Below are positions 30,679 to 40,226 of a stretch of 53,701 nt of DNA, in pieces. Where the stretch lies: NCBI GenBank assembly GCA_963620725.1, contig CAVFBU010000002.1, forward strand, positions 1 to 53,701, written 5' to 3'. How positions within the stretch are numbered: position 1 is the stretch's first letter; each line of letters opens with the position of its first letter. Under the pieces are notes generated by a model. It did not search any database, was not told the origin of the DNA, and worked only from the letters and a program-made list of their open reading frames with translations. Both the position numbers and the translations under genes were made by a program. The DNA is from Vescimonas coprocola (lineage in GTDB: Bacteria; Bacteroidota; Bacteroidia; Bacteroidales; Bacteroidaceae).

Positions 30679-32129
30679 ACTTCCGGCTACAGTACAAGAT
30701 TATCGGGTCGCTGCTCATCCTGTTAGGACTGCTGATGGGTGGGTGTGCTGTGCTGTCGGTATGCTACCGGGAGGACGACATCATGGCGTTTCTCGTCTCT
30801 GCCCTCTTCACCGTATGTTGTGGCTTCGTTCTCAAATACCTGGGACGCAATGCGGCCAACAATATGGGTAGGCGCGATGCTTATCTCGTCGTCACCCTGT
30901 CCTGGCTCTTGTATAGCCTGTTCGGTATGCTGCCCTTCCTCACGGGAGGATACATCAACGATGTGACCGATGCCTACTTCGAGACGATGTCGGGATTTAC
31001 TACCACGGGGGCTACCGTCATTGACGATGTGGAGCGGTTGCCCCACGCGCTGCTCTTCTGGCGGTCGCTGTCGCAATGGATTGGTGGCCTGGGCATCGTG
31101 TTCTTCACCATCGCCATCCTGCCATCGCTGGTCGGTGGCAGTGTCAAGGTGTTCTCCGCTGAGGCCACCGGCCCGGTACGCACCAAGATGCACCCTCGGC
31201 TGAGCACCAATGCCCAATGGATATGCAGCATCTACCTCGTCCTGACCGTGGCCTGCACCCTGTCCTATTACGCGGCAGGGATGGGATGGTTTGACAGTGT
31301 GAACTATGCGATGACTACCACGGCAACGGGCGGCTTCGCCACCCACAACGACAGCGTGGGCTTCTACCACAGTGCCGCTGTCGAGTATGTGTCGCTGACG
31401 TTTCAGTTCCTGTCGGGCATCAATTTTACCTTATTATATATCGTGGTGTTCAAACGGCAGCTGCGCCAGCTGTTCCGCAACTCGGAGTTCAAACTGTATT
31501 TGGCCGTGGTGACCCTCTCGACGGCGGCGGTTATGGTGATACTGATGTACAGCAACGGCTATGTCGGTGAGCGTGCCTTCCGCAGTGCCCTGTTTCAGGT
31601 GGTGTCGTTCATTACCACCACCGGACTCTTCAACGACGATGCGGGGGCATGGCCGCACCTGACGTGGGTGATACTCGGCGGTTGCATGTTCCTCGGTGCC
31701 TGTGCGGGCAGTACCAGTGGAGGCTTCAAGTGCATCCGGGGCGTCATGGTGCTGAAGGCCATGCGTAACGAGTTCCGCCAGATTCTCCATCCCAACGCCA
31801 TCCTTCCCGTCAAGGTGAACGGCCAGAACATTCCTTCCTCCAAGGTGGCTACGCTGCTCACCTTCTTTGCCCTTTACGTGTCGATGTGTCTCGTGGCCGC
31901 CGTCGTCATGATTGCTGCCGGGATAGACAGCACCAACGCCGTCACCATCGCCTTGAGTTGCATGAGCAACGTAGGACCGACCTTGGGCACGGAAATCGGT
32001 CCCGTCATGTCGTGGGCTGGTCTGCCCGATGCCGTCAAGTGGATCTGTGCCTTCCTGATGCTTGTCGGCCGTCTGGAGATTATGTCTGTCATGGTGCTGT
32101 TCACACGGGGATTCTGGACGGACAACTGA
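30672..32129 (+). CDS. trkH: Trk potassium uptake membrane subunit
   Basis: FETMSGFTTTGA, QWIGGLG, GSTSGGFK, LVGRLEI. Confidence 0.95.
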   Translation: MVDFRLQYKIIGSLLILLGLLMGGCAVLSVCYREDDIMAFLVSALFTVCCGFVLKYLGRNAANNMGRRDAYLVVTLSWLLYSLFGMLPFLTGGYINDVTDAYFETMSGFTTTGATVIDDVERLPHALLFWRSLSQWIGGLGIVFFTIAILPSLVGGSVKVFSAEATGPVRTKMHPRLSTNAQWICSIYLVLTVACTLSYYAAGMGWFDSVNYAMTTTATGGFATHNDSVGFYHSAAVEYVSLTFQFLSGINFTLLYIVVFKRQLRQLFRNSEFKLYLAVVTLSTAAVMVILMYSNGYVGERAFRSALFQVVSFITTTGLFNDDAGAWPHLTWVILGGCMFLGACAGSTSGGFKCIRGVMVLKAMRNEFRQILHPNAILPVKVNGQNIPSSKVATLLTFFALYVSMCLVAAVVMIAAGIDSTNAVTIALSCMSNVGPTLGTEIGPVMSWAGLPDAVKWICAFLMLVGRLEIMSVMVLFTRGFWTDN

Positions 32130-32178
32130 CATCGGACACGAAAAACAGTAAAGCATTACTATAAACGAAAGAAAAGAT

Positions 32179-33135
32179 ATGAAAGCATTCAAGTTTCAGC
32201 CACTGCTCAAGCAGACGCTGTGGGGCGGCGAGCGCATCATCCCGTTCAAGCACCTGGACTCCCAGATGGATCACGTGGGCGAGAGTTGGGAGATCTCGGG
32301 CGTGAAAGACAACGAAACGGTGGCCGTCGGCGACGGACGCTCGCTCAACCAACTGGTGAACGACATGAAAGAGGCTCTCGTGGGGAAGGCCAACTATGCG
32401 CGTTTCGGCACGGAGTTCCCGTTGCTCATCAAGTTCATCGACGCACGCCAGGACCTCTCCATTCAGGTGCATCCCACCGACGAGATTGCCCGTCGGCAGG
32501 GGAAGCGTCGGGGAAAGACCGAGATGTGGTTTGTAATGGACTCCGCTCCCGATGCTAAGCTGTATAATGGACTGAAAAAGCAAATCACCCCGGAGCAGTA
32601 CAAGGCCATGGTAGCTGACGACACCATCTGCGAGGCACTGGCACAGTACCCTGTCAAGGAAGGCGACTGCTTCTTCATTCCCGCTGGTCGCATCCACGCC
32701 ATCGGCGCAGGATGCTTCCTGGCCGAGATCCAGCAGACCAGCGACGTGACCTACCGCATCTACGACTTCAAGCGCAAGGACAAGGACGGCAACTACCGCC
32801 AGCTCCACACCCAAGAAGCATCGGAGAGCATTGACTATACCGTATTGCCCGACTACCGCACCCGTTACGAGGCACGCAAGAACGAGGGGGAACTGTTGGT
32901 GGAGTGTCCGTATTTCAACACGGCCGTCTACGATCTGGACGAGCCGATGGATATCGACTACAGCGAACTGGACTCGTTCGTCATCCTGATAGGCATGAAG
33001 GGCGAAGGCACGCTGACGGTTGACGGAGAGCGGATGCCGTTCCGCGAGGGTGAGACGGTGTTGCTGCCGGCCACCGTGAGCGAGGTGCGTTGCGAGGGGA
33101 CGGTGAAGTTCTTAGAGACCTACGTGTTGTCCTGA
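32179..33135 (+). CDS. manA: Type I phosphomannose isomerase
   Basis: WGG, GESWEIS, FPLLIKFIDA..DLSIQVHP, KTEMW, EIQQTSDVTYR. Confidence 0.93.
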   Translation: MKAFKFQPLLKQTLWGGERIIPFKHLDSQMDHVGESWEISGVKDNETVAVGDGRSLNQLVNDMKEALVGKANYARFGTEFPLLIKFIDARQDLSIQVHPTDEIARRQGKRRGKTEMWFVMDSAPDAKLYNGLKKQITPEQYKAMVADDTICEALAQYPVKEGDCFFIPAGRIHAIGAGCFLAEIQQTSDVTYRIYDFKRKDKDGNYRQLHTQEASESIDYTVLPDYRTRYEARKNEGELLVECPYFNTAVYDLDEPMDIDYSELDSFVILIGMKGEGTLTVDGERMPFREGETVLLPATVSEVRCEGTVKFLETYVLS

Positions 33136-34143
33136 TCCTTGCGGAGAAATGGGCGTATCCAGGTAGGTGGCCAAGTCGGCCTGCAACCGCTGGAAGGGCT
33201 CCGAAGCCTTGTAGCCCGTGTTCTTCTTCAACATCTGACGGATGTCCTGCAGCGAGTGCTCGTAGCAGGACATCTCGTTTTTCCGCTGCGTATAATGGCG
33301 CGAGGTGTATCGTATCTCGTCCTGGCGTTCCTGTCGAAGTCGGTTGCACACCTTGGTGAGGATGGGCACGACGACATTGTCACATAGCGAGTGTCCCTGA
33401 ATGTAGAGGTAGGTGGTGTCGGGGGTCACACCCAACGCTCGCAGGTCGTTCTTGGTTTGCAGATACTGCTCCTTGTTGTCAGGAAACAAGGACTGTAACA
33501 GGCGGAGCCGTGTACTGACCTTGTGTCGCAGATGGTCGATGGACGGCTGGGGCTTCTCCACGTTGAATCCTCCGGGGGCTACCACCCGTGAGAAGTCGGA
33601 GAGCGAGAACTGGTCGTGGTGCCCCGTGCGGTAGGCCCATATCGACCATACGAACAGTGGAAAGATGGCTTGGCTGTATTGCCGGAAATAGTCGTCAAAG
33701 TCGAAGATACGGCGGTCGTTGAGGGTCACGGCCACGCACACCTCATGGAGTGCGGGCACGTAGCACTGCATATTCTCAATGGCGTAGGCATAGGTATGGA
33801 ACACAAAGGGACTCTCCACCACCTTCTTCGACTGGGCGGTGCGCCCTTGCAGCAGGTAGTCATAGTCCGCATCAACACAGGCTATCATGTCCTTGCCCAC
33901 CCGTCCGTCGGCAAAGTTCATCAGCACCGACTTCTTGCCGCGCTCCAGCTTGCGGTGCGACGGCAGCATCACCTCAAAGTAGCGCGTCTCGTCCTCGAAG
34001 CGTCCGAGCACCGTGCGCCAGAAATAGATGTCGTCGTAGCTCTCCACATAGGCCACGATGCGCCTGCGTGCCTGCTTCGAAGCCAGTCTGTTGGCGGCCT
34101 CGAAATAGCGGCTGTTGACATGATCGGTCAGTCTGCTGCTCAT
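33112..34143 (-). CDS. DUF4435 / TOPRIM-like protein (AriB-like)
   Basis: YVESYDD..FW, ACVDADYD, TYAYAIEN motifs. The ATG overlaps the ATPase stop (ATGA). Confidence 0.8.
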   Translation of the reverse strand: MSSRLTDHVNSRYFEAANRLASKQARRRIVAYVESYDDIYFWRTVLGRFEDETRYFEVMLPSHRKLERGKKSVLMNFADGRVGKDMIACVDADYDYLLQGRTAQSKKVVESPFVFHTYAYAIENMQCYVPALHEVCVAVTLNDRRIFDFDDYFRQYSQAIFPLFVWSIWAYRTGHHDQFSLSDFSRVVAPGGFNVEKPQPSIDHLRHKVSTRLRLLQSLFPDNKEQYLQTKNDLRALGVTPDTTYLYIQGHSLCDNVVVPILTKVCNRLRQERQDEIRYTSRHYTQRKNEMSCYEHSLQDIRQMLKKNTGYKASEPFQRLQADLATYLDTPISPQGSGQHVGL

Positions 34144-34976
34144 ATCGTGATGTCGCTGACCTCCGTCACCTTGTCCATCCATCCGCTCATGATGACGGCC
34201 GGTGAGTGGGTGGTGAGTATAATCTGCACGTTCGGGTTCAGCTCCGTGATCAGCTCGATGAGGCGTTTCTGCCATTCGATATGTAGCGACACCTCCGGCT
34301 CGTCCATGAAGAGCACGTAGGGCAGTCCGTCTTCCACCAGTACGGTGAGCAGGATGATGAGCATCTGCTTCTCGCCGCTTGAGAGCTGGTAGGGCAGCAG
34401 GGTCTCGCCAATCTGCGTGAAGCGTATCTCGTTCTCCGTGCGCACCATCTTCTTCCCTGTCTCGGCGAAGAGTTCGTCAACGATGTCCTGAAAGTGTTTC
34501 TTGGAGGCCGAGAGCTGTTGCGCCGCCTTGGTGTCGCCCCGTTGCAGTGCCTCAATGATGCGGTTGCCGATGTTCACCTGATAGTCCAAATACTTGCGCT
34601 GCAGGCGGTAGAGCTGCAGGTCGAGCAGGGAACCGCCTCCCGCACCAGCCAGCACCGAGAGGGCCTGGTGTACGAAGCCATCGCCCTCCGAGAGCGTCTT
34701 CGAAAGGTTGCTGTCGAGGGAACGTATCACATCGAAGCGCACGTGGGTGGCATCCTCGGGAATGGTGGATAGGTGTACCCCTTTCAATAGGTGGTTCACG
34801 ATGTCGCCGTTGGTTTCCACGCTCCTCACCACTTTGTTAAGGATGGTCGATTTGCCGACACCATTGATGCCGCTGAGCACGTTCACCTTCGGGTCGAGGT
34901 TCCACACGATGTGCTTCTTGCCGCTCCAGAGCGCGTCGATTTCTATTTTCTGGATATAGTCCGCATATTTCTGCAT
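34140..34976 (-). CDS. ABC-type ATPase (AAA_21/AAA_15-like, AriA-like)
   Basis: Walker A GINGVGKST, signature LSSGEKQ, Walker B LFMDEPE, H-loop TTHS; promoter TACCTTTG on the minus strand at 35000-35007. Confidence 0.88.
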   Translation of the reverse strand: MQKYADYIQKIEIDALWSGKKHIVWNLDPKVNVLSGINGVGKSTILNKVVRSVETNGDIVNHLLKGVHLSTIPEDATHVRFDVIRSLDSNLSKTLSEGDGFVHQALSVLAGAGGGSLLDLQLYRLQRKYLDYQVNIGNRIIEALQRGDTKAAQQLSASKKHFQDIVDELFAETGKKMVRTENEIRFTQIGETLLPYQLSSGEKQMLIILLTVLVEDGLPYVLFMDEPEVSLHIEWQKRLIELITELNPNVQIILTTHSPAVIMSGWMDKVTEVSDITI

Positions 34977-35125
34977 GGCTCTTGCTGTTAGTATATGGGC
35001 AAAGGTAGTGCAAACCAAGCGAAATACAAAATAAAAAACTTGATGTCTGCAAGAAAAAACACCGATTTTAGCTTATTTTATCTTTTCCGTTTCGTTTTTC
35101 CCGAGGATTGTACTATTTTTGCCGC

Positions 35126-36061
35126 ATGAAAACGAATAGAGCACTCATAGCCCATCTCGCCATGTTTGGAGCCTGCGCTGGATGGGGACTGATGTCGCCC
35201 GTGGGCAAGGATGCCATGCTCCACGGGTTTGACGGTATTTCCATGGTTACGTTTCGTGTGGCAGGCGCGTGTCTGCTGTTTTGGATCGCCTCGCTGTTCG
35301 CGCCGAAGGAGCATGTGCCCTGGCGCGACCGCCTCATGTTCATTGGCGCAGCACTGACGGGACTGGTCTTTAACCAGTGCTGTTTCACCATCGGACTGAG
35401 CATCACCACCCCCATCAATGCCAGCATCGTCACCACGTCGATGCCCATCTTCGCTATGATACTGGCGGCAGTCATCCTGCACGAACCCATCACGGGAAAG
35501 AAAGCCATAGGGGTGTTGATGGGATGCAGCGGTGCCTTGATTCTGATCCTGAGTTCGGCAGCTCATGCCGATGCGAGGGTGGGGGACATCCGTGGCGACC
35601 TGCTGTGTCTCTTTGCACAGTTCTCGTTCGCGCTCTATCTGTCGCTCTTCAATCCGCTCATCAAACGCTACAACGTGTTTACGGTCAATAAATATATGTT
35701 CACGTGGGCCTTGCTGCTCCTATTGCCGTTCGTCTCGACACACGTCTACGGGGTGGTCAGCCAACCGATTCCGCCCGTGACGTGGTTTGAGGTGTTCTAC
35801 GTGGTGGTCATCGGCACGTTCCTCTGTTATATCCTCACCATGATTGGTCAGCGCACCCTGCGCCCCACGGTCGTGTCGGTCTACAACTACGTGCAACCCA
35901 TCGTGGCGGTGGCTGCCTCGCTGGTCATGGGACTCAGCACCATGAAGATGACCCACGTGCTGGCCGTGGCGTTGGTGTTCAGCGGCGTGTGGCTTGTCGT
36001 CAAGTCGAAGTCGCGCCGCGACATGGAACAAGAACAGAAAAAGTCCGCGCAAGGTCATTAG
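35126..36061 (+). CDS. EamA/DMT family transporter
   Basis: About 10 hydrophobic segments in two EamA repeats; VSVYNYVQP. Confidence 0.9.
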   Translation: MKTNRALIAHLAMFGACAGWGLMSPVGKDAMLHGFDGISMVTFRVAGACLLFWIASLFAPKEHVPWRDRLMFIGAALTGLVFNQCCFTIGLSITTPINASIVTTSMPIFAMILAAVILHEPITGKKAIGVLMGCSGALILILSSAAHADARVGDIRGDLLCLFAQFSFALYLSLFNPLIKRYNVFTVNKYMFTWALLLLLPFVSTHVYGVVSQPIPPVTWFEVFYVVVIGTFLCYILTMIGQRTLRPTVVSVYNYVQPIVAVAASLVMGLSTMKMTHVLAVALVFSGVWLVVKSKSRRDMEQEQKKSAQGH

Positions 36062-36100
36062 AGACCCGGCACGGACTTCCTGTAATATCAATTTGCGCTG

Positions 36101-38914
36101 TCACTCCGATAGCATCGTCACCTCAATGCGGTGGTCTTGCCGGAGCAGTTCCCGAGCCATCTGTTGGATGTCCTCGGCGGTGATGTCGTCCACCATCTTC
36201 TTGTAGTCCTTGTCGAAGTCGGCCTCGTCGTCCAGCTGGTGCCAGATGACGTAGCTCCAATAGTCGTTGGTGATGGCCATCTGGTCGTACTGCTTGCGCA
36301 GGTATTTCTTCACCTTGTCCATACTGCTTGCAGCAGGGCCGTGGTCGGCGATATTTTGCAGCTGCTGGTACACAACGGGGTTCAGCTCTCCGTAGCGGGT
36401 GGGGTCACACTTGTAGGAGATGCGCACCACCGTGTTGGGGCGGTCTTCCTTCTCCAGTGAGAAGCTGACCCCTACGCCGTAGGTGCCGCCCTTCTCCTCG
36501 CGCACGGAGTCGGTATAGGCAATCTGGAGCACGCGTGTCAGTATGTCGAGGGTCAGGTCGTTCTTGGGCGAGAACGGCACATCGGCGGCATAGAACACGC
36601 TCACGTTGGCCAGCGGTGTGGCCTGTTTGTGGGCGAACGTCACCACCTCGTTCTTCTTGACAATGTTGGCCACATTGGCCTTGTTGCTCTTCTCCTGCTT
36701 GTGGGTGGCAGGCAGGGTGGCCAGGTACTGGCAGAGCAGTGGGCGCAGCACGTCCATGTCGATCTTTCCGATGAACACGGTCTTGAAGTTACTGGCATCG
36801 CTGAACCGCTCGCGGTAGATTTGCAGGATGCGGTTGTAGTCCGCCTGCTCGGCCACCTCCTTTGTCACCGGAGCCACGCGCGGATGGTGGCCGTAGACGG
36901 TGGCGGTGATGGAGTCGTTGTAGACCACCTTCGAACTGGCGTTGCGGTTCTTCAACATCGAGAGGTTACGGCTCATCATGCTCTGGAAGGCGATGCTGTC
37001 CGTGCGCGGTGCGGTGAAGTAGAGGTGGGTCAGCTGGAGCATCGTCTCCAGATCCTTGACCGACGAGGTGCCTGTGATGCGCTGGCCCTCGCTGCTGATG
37101 GAAGGTGCAACCTTCAGCGACTTTCCTGCCAACGCCTTGCGGAGTCGTGTGGCTGGGAAATCGCCCACGCCACCCTCAACGACAGCACTGGTGAGGAAGG
37201 CGAAATTGGGGATGTCTTCGTTGCCATAGAGCGATGTACCGCCCTCGCCTCGCATACTCATCGTAATTTGGTCGGCCTGGTAGTCGGTCGACTTGACATA
37301 GACCTTCATGCCGTTGCTCAGTGTGATCTCCGTCACGCCGAACTTGCCGAATGGTTTTTCAGATACAATCTTGCCGGGTGTGGGGAGGACGGGCATCAGC
37401 GTCTTGGGCACTTCCTCCTCTTGGTAGGCATCATAACGCTGCTGCTGGGCTTCCAACACCGTGCGCTCAATCTCCGCCTCCGAGGGAATCGTGAAACCCT
37501 CCTTGTCGGGACCGTACATCACAAACACCTGATTGCGGTCGGTGATGATGTCGCTTACCTTGCCGTTCACCTCGCTGAGGGTCACCTCGCCATCAAACTG
37601 CTTTACTAACTGCAGGCTGTATGCCGGGGTGAGGATGGGCTCGCTCTCAAGGAAATTTTCCACGCACTGGCTCACGTAGTGGGCGTTCCGATAGTCCTTC
37701 TCCATCTTCAGCTGCCGCTCGGCCGCATTGAGGTACAGCCGCTTGGCGCGCTCCAGCTCGCTCTCGGTGAAGCCGTGCTGGCGAGCACGCTCCACCTCGC
37801 CCACGGCCACGGCGATGCCGCCCAACACGTTGTCCTGCTTGCAGCTGATGCTGAGGCTGAAGGCTTCTTTTGTGCGCGAGACGAAGAAACCACCGTTCTT
37901 CACCGTCGCACTCATAAAGGGTGGTTCTGCCGCCTGCTTCTTCTCCGTGAGGCGACCGTTGAGCATATAGGTGATGAGTCCGCTCACATAGTCGTCGCGC
38001 TGGTACTTCACCGTGTTCTTCTCACTATCGGGTGTGGCCTCGCTCTTCATATAGAGGTGGGCGAGGATGATGGGCTGCTCCTTGTCTTTCTCAATGGCAA
38101 TGATCATCTTGTCGTTGTCGCCCACGGGATAATAGACGCGCTCGGCCGGGTTCTTGTGTGCCTTAATCTTGCCGAAGAGTTTCTGGACTTTCCGCTCCAT
38201 CTGGTCTACGTCGAAGTCACCCACGACGACAATGGCCTGCAGGTCGGGGCGATACCATTTCTCGTAGTAGTCGCGCAGATCCTTGTAGGGGAAGTGGTCC
38301 ACCACATCCATATTACCGATAGGCAGGCAGTCCTCGTACTTGCTGCCCTTGTAGATTTTGGGGATGACATTTTCTATCATGCGCTGCAGAGCCATGCCCG
38401 TGCGGCGGCTGCGCCATTCCTCGTGGATGACACCACGTTCCTTGTCAATCTCCTTATCCTCCAGCAGGATGTACTGGCTCCAGTCGTTGAGTACCAACAG
38501 ACAGGAGTCCACGATGCCCTCGCGTTTGATGGGCACTGCACCGATGTGGTAGACGGTCTGGTCTACGGAGGTATAGGCGTTGAGGTTGGCCCCGAACTTC
38601 ACGCCGATGGTCTCGCACCAGGGTACGATGCCGAGGCGTTTGCCCTTGCCGGGGAAGTGCTTCGTGCCGTTGAAGGCCATGTGCTCCAGGAAGTGGGCGA
38701 GACCGCGTTGGCGCGGCTCCTCCAGGATGGAACCCACCCGCTGTGCGATGTAGAAGTCGGCCAGACCGGCCTCTTTGCCGTTGTGGCGGATGTAATAGGT
38801 CAGTCCGTTCTTCAGCTTACCCTGCCTTACGGCAGCGTCCTGCTCCACCATCTGTGCCGAAAGGAAGGCGGGGAGCAGGGCGAGCAGGAACAGACACAAA
38901 GTTTGTTTTTTCAT
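36101..38914 (-). CDS. Periplasmic M16 zinc peptidase (PqqL/FusC-like)
   Basis: Signal peptide, GLAHFLEHMAFNG (HxxEH), NAYTS, ERGVIHEE, REEKGGTY; 937 aa. Confidence 0.93.
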   Translation of the reverse strand: MKKQTLCLFLLALLPAFLSAQMVEQDAAVRQGKLKNGLTYYIRHNGKEAGLADFYIAQRVGSILEEPRQRGLAHFLEHMAFNGTKHFPGKGKRLGIVPWCETIGVKFGANLNAYTSVDQTVYHIGAVPIKREGIVDSCLLVLNDWSQYILLEDKEIDKERGVIHEEWRSRRTGMALQRMIENVIPKIYKGSKYEDCLPIGNMDVVDHFPYKDLRDYYEKWYRPDLQAIVVVGDFDVDQMERKVQKLFGKIKAHKNPAERVYYPVGDNDKMIIAIEKDKEQPIILAHLYMKSEATPDSEKNTVKYQRDDYVSGLITYMLNGRLTEKKQAAEPPFMSATVKNGGFFVSRTKEAFSLSISCKQDNVLGGIAVAVGEVERARQHGFTESELERAKRLYLNAAERQLKMEKDYRNAHYVSQCVENFLESEPILTPAYSLQLVKQFDGEVTLSEVNGKVSDIITDRNQVFVMYGPDKEGFTIPSEAEIERTVLEAQQQRYDAYQEEEVPKTLMPVLPTPGKIVSEKPFGKFGVTEITLSNGMKVYVKSTDYQADQITMSMRGEGGTSLYGNEDIPNFAFLTSAVVEGGVGDFPATRLRKALAGKSLKVAPSISSEGQRITGTSSVKDLETMLQLTHLYFTAPRTDSIAFQSMMSRNLSMLKNRNASSKVVYNDSITATVYGHHPRVAPVTKEVAEQADYNRILQIYRERFSDASNFKTVFIGKIDMDVLRPLLCQYLATLPATHKQEKSNKANVANIVKKNEVVTFAHKQATPLANVSVFYAADVPFSPKNDLTLDILTRVLQIAYTDSVREEKGGTYGVGVSFSLEKEDRPNTVVRISYKCDPTRYGELNPVVYQQLQNIADHGPAASSMDKVKKYLRKQYDQMAITNDYWSYVIWHQLDDEADFDKDYKKMVDDITAEDIQQMARELLRQDHRIEVTMLSE

Positions 38915-38960
38915 GTGGTCTGTCGTTTGATGTTTATGTTACGTATGTTCAGAAAGTGCA

Positions 38961-40169
38961 TCATTTCTGCAGGTAGCTGGGCGTGACACCCATCTCGAAG
39001 TCTTCGCTGGAGTTGTTGGTGTCCACCCACTTTCCGTCGACCTTCTTGCGGATGACGGCCTTGCCGAAGCGCGCCTTGTCGGAACCTGTTGCGGCCACGT
39101 AGGCGTAGCCGGCATCGAGGGCGGCCGACACGGAGTTCCACTGCCATGTGCTGCTCGGGGCGAGGTTGACGGCATCGAGAATCCAGTCGTTGGCCACCTT
39201 GTAGTACATGGCCGACATCTCCTTGCCGTTCACGGCGGTGTACTTGGCCTCATATTTGTTGTCGGCCAGGTAGCTGTCCATGTCCTGGCGCATCTTGGCG
39301 ATGGCGTAGGTCTTGTTGCCCTGGTTGTTTAGGATGAAGATGGTGAGCGTGTAGCAATACCATCTATCGAGGTTGGGCACGTCGGGATTGTCCGTGTCCA
39401 GGATGGAGGTACTGCTGCTCTCATCGTAGAACTCATAGTCTGCATTGCTAAGGTCGAAGGAGTTGGCGTTGGCCTCGGTGTGGTTCATGGCATTGAGGGC
39501 GAGCACCAGTGACTTGCCGGGTTCTACGGGAACGCTCGTGCCCGTACCCGGAATCATGTAGATGGCATCCACCGACATGGCCTCCGCCATGATGTCGGGC
39601 GTGTACTCGCGTTTGGTCGTGTTGAGGAATGCCGCCTCCACGAAGGCGATGCTGTCGGCATAGAGTGTCACATCGGAGTTATTGGAGATGACGACATACT
39701 GATCCTTGGTGTACTGCTTCGCTTCGGGGGTCTGTGTGCCGGGGAAGAATATTTCGGAGATGACGAAGCCACCCTTTGCATCGAAGGTGTTGACGGCGAG
39801 CTTCACGGCTGCACTGCTTTCACTCACTGCCACGTTGTCGCTCTGCTGGTCGACCTTGGCGGTACCTGCCACACCGTCCTTGGTGAAGGTCAGCGTGCCC
39901 TTGATGGCTACGTTGTAGGTGCCTTCGGGAATCGGTTCCATCGTGGCTGTGAACGTGCCGTTGTTGTCGGTGAACTGCGTCGTGGTGTACGCGGTGTTGC
40001 TGTTCACGTTGGTGAAGGTGGCCTCCGCATCGCTGAACTGGACGTTGTCCAAGCCCAGCGGCATCTCTACGCTAAGCGTAGCAGGCACATAGGTTTCATC
40101 GGTCGAGTCACAGGCTGTGAACGCCAAAGTCAGGAGCATCATGATGCCCAATAACATTCTCTTTTCCAT
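38961..40169 (-). CDS. DUF4876-like surface lipoprotein
   Basis: Lipobox LAFTA|C + DSTDE; FVISEIFF, DLSNADYEF, DTDNPDVPNL, DTNNSSEDF. Confidence 0.82.
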   Translation of the reverse strand: MEKRMLLGIMMLLTLAFTACDSTDETYVPATLSVEMPLGLDNVQFSDAEATFTNVNSNTAYTTTQFTDNNGTFTATMEPIPEGTYNVAIKGTLTFTKDGVAGTAKVDQQSDNVAVSESSAAVKLAVNTFDAKGGFVISEIFFPGTQTPEAKQYTKDQYVVISNNSDVTLYADSIAFVEAAFLNTTKREYTPDIMAEAMSVDAIYMIPGTGTSVPVEPGKSLVLALNAMNHTEANANSFDLSNADYEFYDESSSTSILDTDNPDVPNLDRWYCYTLTIFILNNQGNKTYAIAKMRQDMDSYLADNKYEAKYTAVNGKEMSAMYYKVANDWILDAVNLAPSSTWQWNSVSAALDAGYAYVAATGSDKARFGKAVIRKKVDGKWVDTNNSSEDFEMGVTPSYLQK

Positions 40170-40226
40170 TGTTTTCTTTCCTTTTTTTATGATTACTATT
40201 TTATGCTTGTCTTTCTGTTTTTTCCT

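Noticed and set aside
33112..33135. 24-bp convergent overlap of manA and the DUF4435 gene
   Set aside because: Short 3' overlaps are common; not evidence of regulation on its own.
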